A stretch of DNA of 64,000 nt, from positions 27,332 to 91,331 of the forward strand of contig DATLRP010000040.1 of assembly GCA_035534635.1 (NCBI GenBank), read 5' to 3'. Below are positions 1 to 8,150 of the stretch, piece by piece. The stretch's first letter is position 1. Each line of letters opens with the position of its first letter. The DNA comes from Terracidiphilus sp. (lineage in GTDB: Bacteria > Acidobacteriota > Terriglobia > Terriglobales > Acidobacteriaceae). The notes beneath the pieces are model-generated. The model did no database searches and was not told the origin of the DNA. It saw nothing but the letters and a program-made list of their open reading frames with translations. A program made the position numbers and the translations under genes.

Positions 1-283
1 CTCGCTCGGCTCGCACGCCATCCTCTCGCAGGGCGCCTATCTCTGCGGCGCCACGCATGACTTCAACGATTCTGCCTTTCCGCTTCTTGCCTACTCGATG
101 TCCGTCGGCGCCTACGCATGGGTCTGCGCACGCGCCTCCGTTGCCCCGGGCGTCAACCTGGCGGAAGGCGCGGTCCTGGGCCTGGCTTCCGTAGCCACGC
201 ATGACCTGGATGCCTGGGGTGTGTATGCGGGAGCGCCCGCGAGAAAGGTAAAAGAAAGAAAGCGGCCTGAGGCGAGAAGTTAA
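1..283 (+). CDS. sugar O-acetyltransferase, hexapeptide-repeat (WcaF/LbH-like), 3' part; 5' end outside window
   Basis: Frame is open from nt 2 to TAA at 281-283. The translation ..LSQGAYLCGATHDFNDSAFPLLAYSMSVGAYAWVCARASVAPGVNLAEGAVLGLASVATHDLDAWGVYAGAPARKV looks like the C-terminal left-handed beta-helix of colanic-acid-type acetyltransferases. Convergent with the EPS operon. Confidence 0.7.
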   Translation, partial: SLGSHAILSQGAYLCGATHDFNDSAFPLLAYSMSVGAYAWVCARASVAPGVNLAEGAVLGLASVATHDLDAWGVYAGAPARKVKERKRPEARS

Positions 284-311
284 GAAGGGCCGCGCTTCGT
301 CTATCCTACTT

Positions 312-929
312 TTAAGTTAAGTCTATCTTCTGGCGAGTAACTCGCTCTAACGTATCTTTGAGTGTTTCCTTGTCCAGGATACCGCGAACCGACTGTTCCA
401 GCTCTCTTAACTTCGCGCCCGCCAGGTACCGGTACCAGAGTCCCTGCAGAAAGTGATACTGTAGGCCCTCCCTTCCATCCAGAAACCCCAGCTGCAGCAG
501 ATAGCGGTACAAAAAATAGCCCAGCGATGCAAACTCGTAAGGGATCCGGTTGTAAAGCGCCTTTTTCCAGAATCGCTTTCTCGCCGCCTGTCGCGCAGTT
601 GAGGCTCCGGCCGCCCCCATCTCGGCTGTCGCCAACCCGCGCCGCTGCAACAGAACCTGCAACGCCTCTCGGCTCGCGTACCCGTTATGCCTGTTCGTGA
701 AATAAGTCAGGCCCTGCAGGCTGTAATCCGAGAATCCTCCGTCGAAAGTCACCTGCTCGCCTTCCATCAGATAGATATGCTCATCCATCCAGCTGTCTTC
801 CACCCTGGCTTTCCCGCTGCGCCAGATGCGCAACAAGGTCAACGGGTATCTTCCACCGTGCCGGATGAACTTTCCCTGAAAGATCGTAATTCTCTTATCT
901 TTCAATCCCGCGGATGCACTGGGAGTCAC
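312..929 (-). pseudogene. GT2 glycosyltransferase, C-terminal ~200 aa only (fragment; see finding on split gene)
   Basis: Contains only the post-DxD part of the WaaE/KdtX-like GT2 family (ITIFQGKFIRHGGRYP..LRIWR..WMDEHI..GFLDGREGLQYHFLQGLWYRYLAGAKL). There is no GT-A nucleotide-binding N-terminus. The frame opens only 3 codons upstream of its GTG. Confidence 0.55.
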
Positions 930-958
930 GACGTTGAGCTATCTATGCACTTGCGGGA

Positions 959-1939
959 TCAGCTGTTCTTCAGAAACTCAGGAAGCTGCTCTTCCCATCG
1001 CAACGCTCCTGCGATGATTTGCTCCAGATCGAAGCGCGCTTCCCATCCCAAAATCGCTTTGGCCATGACAGCCTCGGCGAACAGCGTCGGTGGGTCGCCC
1101 ACCCTGGGCGGTGCGAAAATATGAGGCACCCTGCGATGGGAAATCGCCTCGATTACCCCAAGCACTTCCGCAATGGAAGTACCTCTCCCCGTACCGAGAT
1201 TCAGCGCGACGGAAGCGCCTCCGCCGGCTAGGTACTGCAAAGCCTTGAGATGAGCGACGCCCAGATCGCACACATGGATAAAATCCCGGACACAGGTCCC
1301 ATCCCGGGTGTCGAGATCCCTTCCGAAAATGGTGAGAGGAGGACCGCTTCCGAGGGCTGACTTGATGGCAAGAGGGATCAAATGCGTCTCGGGAGTGTGA
1401 ATCTCCCCTACCTTTGCGCTGGGATGTGCTCCGGCGGCATTGAAATACCGCAGTGCGACGTAGCGCAGTCCGTGCGAAATATTAAAGGCGGAAAGTACTC
1501 GCTCAAAAAACAACTTGGTTGCGCCGTAGGGATTAATAGGCTCCTTCCGGCTCGATTCGAAAATAGGAAGGCTGAGCGGGATTCCATACACAGCGCAGCT
1601 TGAGGAAAAGATAAAAAGTCTGACATCGCTCTCGATCACACAATCCATCAATGCCAGAGCCGATTCAACGTTGTTGTGAAAGTATTTCCGTGGATTTTCA
1701 ACCGACTCACCAACGTACGCGGAAGCGGCGAAATGCATGACAGCATCCACATGCCGGAGGCAGGGGCGAAGCCTTTCCTTGTCGGCTATGTCTCCCTGAA
1801 CCAGTTCAAATCCATCCGCCAGCTTGGGGTGGCCGGTGGAAAGGTTATCGTAAATAAGGATGTCATGCCCGGCGTCGGCCAACTCGCGCACCGTGCTCGA
1901 TCCAACGTACCCGCTGCCACCAGTCACTAGAACCCTCAT
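959..1939 (-). CDS. galE: UDP-glucose 4-epimerase
   Basis: MRVLVTGGSGYVGS Rossmann motif, YGxxK (PYGATK), and full-length GalE-like sequence. ATG at 1939 has GGGAG 7 nt upstream. The ORF track starts 2 codons earlier at GTG 1945. Confidence 0.9.
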   Translation of the reverse strand: MRVLVTGGSGYVGSSTVRELADAGHDILIYDNLSTGHPKLADGFELVQGDIADKERLRPCLRHVDAVMHFAASAYVGESVENPRKYFHNNVESALALMDCVIESDVRLFIFSSSCAVYGIPLSLPIFESSRKEPINPYGATKLFFERVLSAFNISHGLRYVALRYFNAAGAHPSAKVGEIHTPETHLIPLAIKSALGSGPPLTIFGRDLDTRDGTCVRDFIHVCDLGVAHLKALQYLAGGGASVALNLGTGRGTSIAEVLGVIEAISHRRVPHIFAPPRVGDPPTLFAEAVMAKAILGWEARFDLEQIIAGALRWEEQLPEFLKNS

Positions 1940-2114
1940 TCGCACACTCCCGAAAGTGGTGCGATGAGTAACACCTCATTAGTGGCCAGAGACAAAGAAT
2001 TCGGAGTAAAAGCGAGACAATGCCTGCCAGCACAAGGCATTGTCGGGTGACGAATAGTCAGATAAGGAGCGCGACGATAGATGCACTCGACTTGATTGAG
2101 AGAACCTGTCACGA

Positions 2115-2120
2115 TAAAAT
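2115..2120 (+). promoter_or_regulatory. -10-like TAAAAT, 9 nt before the GT2 ATG 2130
   Basis: CACGATAAAATTGCTCCACG-ATG. Shares CACGATA(G/A)AAT with the ribH site. Confidence 0.3.
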
Positions 2121-2129
2121 TGCTCCACG

Positions 2130-2960
2130 ATGATCTCGATTCTCGTGCTAACACTCAATGAAGAGAATAATCTGCCGCGATGCTTGGAAACGGTGAAATG
2201 GTCAGATGATATTCACGTGCTCGATTCGTACAGTTCAGACAAGACCGTGGAGATTGCCAAAGAATGCAACGCGAAAATATGGTTTCGAAAATTCGATAGT
2301 TTTTCGCAGCATCAGAACTGGGCCCTGGAGAATATCCCATTCAGGTACCCTTGGGTATTCTATATCGATGCCGACGAACGTGTTACGCCGAAGCTGGCAG
2401 AAGCCATGCAACGGGCAGTTGCTAACCCGGACGGCAATATTGCATTCAGCGTGCAGCGCCGGGATTTCTTTCTCGAAACCTGGCTAAAGCACGTTCAAAT
2501 GACAGCATATTACGACCGTCTTTTCCGTCCCGAAAAGATGCACTACGAGCGTCTCGGCCATTGTATTTCAAAGCCAGGTGGTCCTGTTGCCAATATTGAC
2601 GGGTATCTTGATCACTATCCATTCAGCAAGGGCCTCAGCGACTGGATTGCCCGTCACAATTTTTATAGCACACAGGAGGCACAGCAGATTATTGAAAACA
2701 GAAAGGCTGGTAAGGGCGTAAGTCTGCGCGCTCTCATTTTTGAGAAGGATGGTCGCGAGCGCCGCCGGAATGTGAAGGAATTGTATTATCGTATGCCCTT
2801 TAGACCCTTGGTCAAGTTTTTCGCGATGTATGTTTTGAAGCGTGGCTTTATGGACGGAGTTGCGGGGTTTACCTACTCCACCTTGATGGGATTCTACGAA
2901 CTTATGATCGTCCTTAAGACCGCTGAGATGCAAGAGAACGAGGGCTGCAAATCTGAATAG
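2130..2960 (+). CDS. glycosyltransferase family 2 (WaaE/KdtX-like)
   Basis: ISILVLTLNEENNLPRCLETV, VLDSYSSDKT, and IDADE (DxD). C-terminal FMDGVAGFTYSTLMGFYE motif. Visibly lower GC than the surrounding locus. Confidence 0.85.
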   Translation: MISILVLTLNEENNLPRCLETVKWSDDIHVLDSYSSDKTVEIAKECNAKIWFRKFDSFSQHQNWALENIPFRYPWVFYIDADERVTPKLAEAMQRAVANPDGNIAFSVQRRDFFLETWLKHVQMTAYYDRLFRPEKMHYERLGHCISKPGGPVANIDGYLDHYPFSKGLSDWIARHNFYSTQEAQQIIENRKAGKGVSLRALIFEKDGRERRRNVKELYYRMPFRPLVKFFAMYVLKRGFMDGVAGFTYSTLMGFYELMIVLKTAEMQENEGCKSE

Positions 2961-3238
2961 TCTGCTCTCTCGTGAGGGCAGTGGTAGTCGCGCGAGCGGC
3001 GCCTATTGTTCAAATGCATCTCGCCCGCGTCGTTAAGAACGCAGTAGAGGCTCGCTTGATCGGTCAAATCGAGACCGAAGGTTAGCTTTCGATCTTGAAC
3101 ATTTCCAAACGCGGCTTGACACTACTGCCGCGAAGACGGGCGGTGGAAAGAAACTTCGTATGGGTGGGACGCCCGCCTTCGACGCTTGGCTCGCGGCCAC
3201 GAAAGACTCGCGGACCTTCGGCGCCTTCCACTTCCGTT

Positions 3239-3592
3239 TCAGGTTGATGCCTGTAATTTGTTTGGCAGCTCTGGTAACTTCCTCCGGATCTCCTCGGCCA
3301 GATCCTCTTCGACAATTTCATCCGCGTCCAGCCGCATCACCCAATCCGCGGTAATCGGTGCATGGTCCAACGCCCACTCGAACTGCTTCGCCTGGTTCTG
3401 GAAGGTATGCTGCAGAACCTTCGCGCCGAATCCCTCGGCAATCCTCACCGTAGCATCCGTCGAAAATGAATCCACGACGAAGATCTCCTTGGCGAACCCC
3501 GCAACATGTTGCAGCGCCCGTTCCAGGTCCAGCTCCTCGTTATAGGTCAGGATCACAGCGGCAATGTCCGCTCTAGCGCTCACGCACTCCAC
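3239..3592 (-). pseudogene. GT2 glycosyltransferase, N-terminal ~110 aa only (fragment)
   Basis: AAVILTYNEELDLERAL, FVVDSFSTDATV, and RLDADE (DxD), followed by TGA shortly after the DxD helix. The remainder of the fold is absent here but present at 312..929 on the same strand. Confidence 0.55.
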
Positions 3593-3611
3593 CTAGCCTT
3601 CCAGCGCGCCA

Positions 3612-4766
3612 TCACTCGGAAAAGCCGATTGCTCGTGCAAATTCTTGCGCCGTGTTTTCGATATCGAAATATTTCAGGAACCCCGCCCGCGCTGAGGTCT
3701 TCATGCGCGCCCGCTCCTCTGCGCCGAGCGCGCAGAACCGCCGAATCAAACTGCGTGTTCCTTCTGCATCGTCATTCTCCGCCAGACCCGCTTCGCTCGC
3801 TTCCACTTCTCGCCAGATGTTCACCTTGTTGCTGATCAGCACCGGCGTCGAGCAGGCCATCGCCTCGGCCACCACAATTCCAAAGTTCTCCTGGTGCGAA
3901 GGAAGAATCAGCGCCTCGGCACTCCGAAGGGCGCCCCACTTCAGCGCTCCCTTCAGCATCCCCACCCAGTGAATTCGATGCGCCATGCCTAGCGTTTTCG
4001 CCGTCTTCTCCAGCTCAGGAATCCACCCCAACGCGTCCGGACCCGCCATCACCAGGTCCAGATGATCCGGGAGCTCCTTTGCCAGGGCACCGAACGCCTC
4101 AACCAGCAGATCGCATCCCTTCTTCGGATGAATTCGGCTCAGGAAAAGCAGAAACTTCCTTCCATGAAGCTGGGGATAAGCCTCTGAGAATGCCGCCTTC
4201 TCCATCTCCGCATCTCCGCGCGGATCCGCCGTGCCCAGTAGCGCCACGCGCTCCCGATAGTCAAATCCCCAAAAAGCATTCCGCGAGCGCAGACGTTCCT
4301 CTTCGCACGTAAACAGCACCGCATTCGCGTCCCGCAAAACCAGGCCCTCGCCCAGGAGCCAGAACATCTGCTTGGCCAAATGTTTCAGAGGGTATCGCTC
4401 GCGAAACCACGGATCCATCATCCCGTGGGTAAAGATGAAATAGGGCGTCGCGTGACGCCGCAGCGCCCTCCACGCTCCCATTGATGAGTAATTCCAAAGC
4501 CCGTGCAGCACAACTGCGTCGAAGTTGTTCGCCCGTTCGCGCAGCCATGGCTTGAGCCGCGCGTTGTAGTGATAGCGCCCAACCCCTTCTCCAAGCCCGG
4601 TAATCGGAAACGGAAAATTGCGTCGGCGCGCATCCTCCGCCTCTTCAAGACTGACCACTTCCACCTCGTGTCCGTCCCGCATCAGCACTTCGGAAATGCG
4701 AATCAATGCCTCGATCGGACCGCCGGTCTCCGGATCCGTGCCCCGAATCACATGCAGCAATCGCAT
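3612..4766 (-). CDS. glycosyltransferase family 4 (GT-B, RfaB-like)
   Basis: C-terminal GT1/GT4 signature LILPSHQENFGIVVAEAMACSTPVLIS (E-x7-E). ATG at 4766 (MRLLHVIRG) lies 2 nt after the stop of the upstream gene. The longer ORF-track start overlaps that gene. Confidence 0.85.
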   Translation of the reverse strand: MRLLHVIRGTDPETGGPIEALIRISEVLMRDGHEVEVVSLEEAEDARRRNFPFPITGLGEGVGRYHYNARLKPWLRERANNFDAVVLHGLWNYSSMGAWRALRRHATPYFIFTHGMMDPWFRERYPLKHLAKQMFWLLGEGLVLRDANAVLFTCEEERLRSRNAFWGFDYRERVALLGTADPRGDAEMEKAAFSEAYPQLHGRKFLLFLSRIHPKKGCDLLVEAFGALAKELPDHLDLVMAGPDALGWIPELEKTAKTLGMAHRIHWVGMLKGALKWGALRSAEALILPSHQENFGIVVAEAMACSTPVLISNKVNIWREVEASEAGLAENDDAEGTRSLIRRFCALGAEERARMKTSARAGFLKYFDIENTAQEFARAIGFSE

Positions 4767-4768
4767 CG

Positions 4769-5896
4769 CTAACCTTTCATCTCTCCAATCAATGCAGCAA
4801 CCGCCTCCGCAAATCGCGGGCTGTCGGAGAGCTCCGCGAACTCCCTCGCCGACTTCGCGAGCCTGCGCCACAGCTGCTCATCTTCCGCAATCAGCTTCAT
4901 AAAGTAGGCCATCCCCTCCGGGTTATCCGGCTCAATCACAAATCCATTCACGCCCGATCGAATCAGAAGGTCCCGGGCGCCACAATTGTCCGAAAGAATT
5001 ACCGGCAATCCCATCCCCATCGCCTCGGGAACCACGTTGCCGAACTGCTCCTCGATGCTGGGCAGCAGCACCGCGAGCGAGCGGCCGTATGCCTCGCTCA
5101 CCTCTTGCGTTTGCTGGAAGCCGCGAAAGTGCACCCACACGGCAATCCCGTCGGCCTGGGCCTGCTCGCGCAGTTGCGCTTCAAGAGGACCGGTCCCGAA
5201 CAGATGCAACGAACGCGGATTTGCTGTCTGTGCGCAGTACAGCGCAAACGCCTTCAGCGCCATGGAGAGATTCTTCTTCGCAACCAGCCTCGCGACAATG
5301 GTAAAGTGGCGCTCCGCAAATGGAACGCCCTCCGGAGCCGGCGGCACTCCGGCCATCTTGCGAATGCGCGCGAGGGAAACCGCGTTGTACGGAGACTTCA
5401 CGCGCTCCACTGCGATCCCCAGAAAGCGCATGTAATCGGTCGACCGAATACCGGACGCGATGCCGCCGTTGTACGGCAGATACAGGAAGCTCTTGGCCAC
5501 TTCGCGTCTCAGGTCGCGCGCATAGTCGTCAAACTTCGAGCAGCCGATGGCATACACGCGCCTTCCCATCATCCGCAGGACTACGGCACACAAAAAAATG
5601 GGGGGCGCCTGGTAATGACAGATGAAAAAATGCGCATTCCGTCCCATCGAGAGGCATGCGCGCAGGGTCTTGCGGAATAGCTGAAAGCCCGAGATCTCCT
5701 CCACGGATCGCCCCTCGACAAGAGTGACCTTCTGGAAGCGGCTTCCGCTCTCCGGAACCCAGTCATACACCTTGCTGCGGCTCGCAAGCTCAATACCCAC
5801 CACCTGATGCTTCCGCCCAAAGTACTCCGCTACCGCATCGCAGCGGTCTGCGTGCAGCGGGCCAAAGTTATCCCAAAGAAAGACAAGTTTCGCCAT
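4769..5896 (-). CDS. glycosyltransferase family 4
   Basis: LLPSIEEQFGNVVPEAMGMGLPVILSDNCGARDLI (E-x7-E) and a GT-B architecture. Confidence 0.85.
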   Translation of the reverse strand: MAKLVFLWDNFGPLHADRCDAVAEYFGRKHQVVGIELASRSKVYDWVPESGSRFQKVTLVEGRSVEEISGFQLFRKTLRACLSMGRNAHFFICHYQAPPIFLCAVVLRMMGRRVYAIGCSKFDDYARDLRREVAKSFLYLPYNGGIASGIRSTDYMRFLGIAVERVKSPYNAVSLARIRKMAGVPPAPEGVPFAERHFTIVARLVAKKNLSMALKAFALYCAQTANPRSLHLFGTGPLEAQLREQAQADGIAVWVHFRGFQQTQEVSEAYGRSLAVLLPSIEEQFGNVVPEAMGMGLPVILSDNCGARDLLIRSGVNGFVIEPDNPEGMAYFMKLIAEDEQLWRRLAKSAREFAELSDSPRFAEAVAALIGEMKG

Positions 5897-5933
5897 GAGT
5901 TAGAAGCTTCCCGAGCAGCCGAAGTGTATCGAC

Positions 5934-6713
5934 TTAATGCTCATGAAGGTGGTCCGTGATATCCAGCGCCGGTTTCCGTACCCGGTCAAGAATCCGCAAT
6001 GCGGCCCCCCGCGGTTCCAGCAGCAGGGAGTATGCTCTCACTCCCTTTGCCTTCGCTCTGTCCAGTCTGCCGCGCTCTCTCCCCATCACGCGTTGAAAAT
6101 ACCGAGCATGGGTCTTCCGGCTTTCCTCCGCAAAACGCTGGCTTCCAGTAATTGACTCAGCGTGGATGCGAAACACAGACCAGTACCCGGCCACATGCAC
6201 AAGCGGCCTGCCCGCCAGCGCCATTTCCAGCAGAATCTCTGCATCCCAGCTCGTGCGATTCTGCAGGTTGAATCCGCCCACCGCGCGGAATGCATCCTTG
6301 CGGTAAAAGGTGGACTGTTGAAGCGCCAGGCAGCCCCCATACACAAATCGCTTCGGGCTGAACCCTGTGGACACCACATGTCGCGTGATCTGTCCCCCCA
6401 CATCCGCCTTGTACCCGTCAGCGTAAATCGCGCCAGCTTCCGGATGCTTTTCGGCGGCCGCTGCGGCGTTGCCAAAGCATCCCGGAAGATACAAATCGTC
6501 CGCATTCAGATATCCGAAAAGGTCGCCCGTGGCCCGCGCGAACGCCTTGTTTAGCCCGTCCGCCGGTCCCGCATCGGGTTCCGCAATCACGACGATCTTG
6601 CCCGGGTACTTCTCCTGGAACCTGCGGATGATATCCGGGGTCTCATCCGACGAGCCTGGGTCCACCACAAGATATTCAAGGTCTGACCATCCCTGGTTCA
6701 CAACGCTGGCCAT
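5934..6713 (-). CDS. glycosyltransferase family 2 (true start probably upstream, near 6770; see finding)
   Basis: LEYLVVDPGSSDET and YLNADD (DxD). The conserved first strand LSIVTNAFNQ is encoded in frame upstream of the first ATG. Confidence 0.8.
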   Translation of the reverse strand: MASVVNQGWSDLEYLVVDPGSSDETPDIIRRFQEKYPGKIVVIAEPDAGPADGLNKAFARATGDLFGYLNADDLYLPGCFGNAAAAAEKHPEAGAIYADGYKADVGGQITRHVVSTGFSPKRFVYGGCLALQQSTFYRKDAFRAVGGFNLQNRTSWDAEILLEMALAGRPLVHVAGYWSVFRIHAESITGSQRFAEESRKTHARYFQRVMGRERGRLDRAKAKGVRAYSLLLEPRGAALRILDRVRKPALDITDHLHEH

Positions 6714-6797
6714 CGCAGTCGCCAGATACCGCCCCTGGTTAAACGCGTTTGTAACTATCGATAACCTGATAACTCACCTCATACCAACAACCGGATG

Positions 6798-8078
6798 TTA
6801 TCTCTTATCTCCGCGATGCTCAGCCTGTGACTCCACCACGTCGCACACATCCAGAATCCGTACCTGCCGGTAACCCGCTTCGCAGGTATCCACGGCCACC
6901 TGGCGTTCCGTGCGGTCCCACCGCGGATGCAGATCGCATTTCACATCGGAATCTGCGCTGCGCGGATGATGCAGGAACACGTGCGCATCCACGCGAGTTC
7001 GCCGCTCGGAATGATAGAGAATCGTGGGTAGCCGGTTCTCTTTGTCTGGATAAAAATCCGTCACGATCCATCCATGCTTCCGGGCCACCATCGGATGCCC
7101 ATCGGCGTCCAGGCTCGGCCACCCATACCGCGTGCGCAATTTCGGATCGCGAACCGGGATCCGATAGTAGGATTCTGACAGCAGCTTCTTCTTCCACCGG
7201 CCCGTCAATTTCCGCGCCACGCCCAGCAGGGGCTTTACCAGCGGCGAACTCAGCAGTCCGCGTGACCGTGCCTGCGCCAGCCCACCTCCAGTGAACCGCG
7301 CCCACACCACCAGGGTCTCCGCGTCCAGCCAGTCAAAGTGGCTTACCTTCTCTTGCGCCAGCAGCACAAGGTCTCCCGCCTCGCGGTCTGTCGCGATCAT
7401 CCGTGTAAACAGGCCGCCATCTGCACTGAAGAAGCGATGCAGAAACACAATCTTCTCCCCATCCGGGCTAAAGCTCGCGTGGCACAAAAAATGGCTCGAT
7501 GGATCTGCATGTGCCACGGCCTCGAACTCCGTAGCTCTCCGCGTCGAAACAAACAGGCGCTCTTCTCCCGTCGTCGTGTCCAGTTGCCAGATCCCATCTT
7601 CATTCTGGTCGCGAATCGGAGGCTGCTCGCGCAGGGGCATGTATCCATATGCCATCCAGCGGTGCGCCAGCGTGGTAAAGTTCGGAGCGATGGAGCTCTT
7701 CCCGTCGGGGCTGAAAGCGTAAATCGGAGCTGGTAGCACCCGCCGCTCTCCGGTCGCAATGTTGCGGAAGATCGACACCGTTTTCCCGTCTTCAATTGTG
7801 TTAAAAGCCAGCGTAGTTTGCTCGCCTGGGACCCACTGCAGCCGCGCGCCCTGCTGAAAGTTCCATGCGCGGGTTGTGTCCACCGCGCGGATCTCACCCG
7901 TCTCCGGAAACCATAGGCATATCTCGATCGGATTCGTGCAATCTTCCATCGCACCATAGTCAGGCGGCGCCCGGTGGATCGCCAGGCAACGATTGTCGGG
8001 CGACCAGGGAATCACGTCGTGAAATCCGATAAAGCAATTTGAGCAGGCCGGCGTTTCCGCATGAATTCGGTTCGTCAT
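6798..8078 (-). CDS. uncharacterised beta-propeller protein (TolB/PD40- or oligogalacturonide-lyase-like fold)
   Basis: Repeated WSPDN / FSPDGK / FSPDGEKIVFLH blades, ending with CDLHPRWDRTERQVAVD. ATG 8078 has GGAG 5 nt upstream. The ORF track extends to GTG 8150. Confidence 0.7.
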   Translation of the reverse strand: MTNRIHAETPACSNCFIGFHDVIPWSPDNRCLAIHRAPPDYGAMEDCTNPIEICLWFPETGEIRAVDTTRAWNFQQGARLQWVPGEQTTLAFNTIEDGKTVSIFRNIATGERRVLPAPIYAFSPDGKSSIAPNFTTLAHRWMAYGYMPLREQPPIRDQNEDGIWQLDTTTGEERLFVSTRRATEFEAVAHADPSSHFLCHASFSPDGEKIVFLHRFFSADGGLFTRMIATDREAGDLVLLAQEKVSHFDWLDAETLVVWARFTGGGLAQARSRGLLSSPLVKPLLGVARKLTGRWKKKLLSESYYRIPVRDPKLRTRYGWPSLDADGHPMVARKHGWIVTDFYPDKENRLPTILYHSERRTRVDAHVFLHHPRSADSDVKCDLHPRWDRTERQVAVDTCEAGYRQVRILDVCDVVESQAEHRGDKR

Positions 8079-8150
8079 ATAGCTCCGGGATGCAACTTTC
8101 GCACCGCTGGCCCGCGGCAGTCTTTGCAGCGCAAGGCTGGACTGGCGCAC

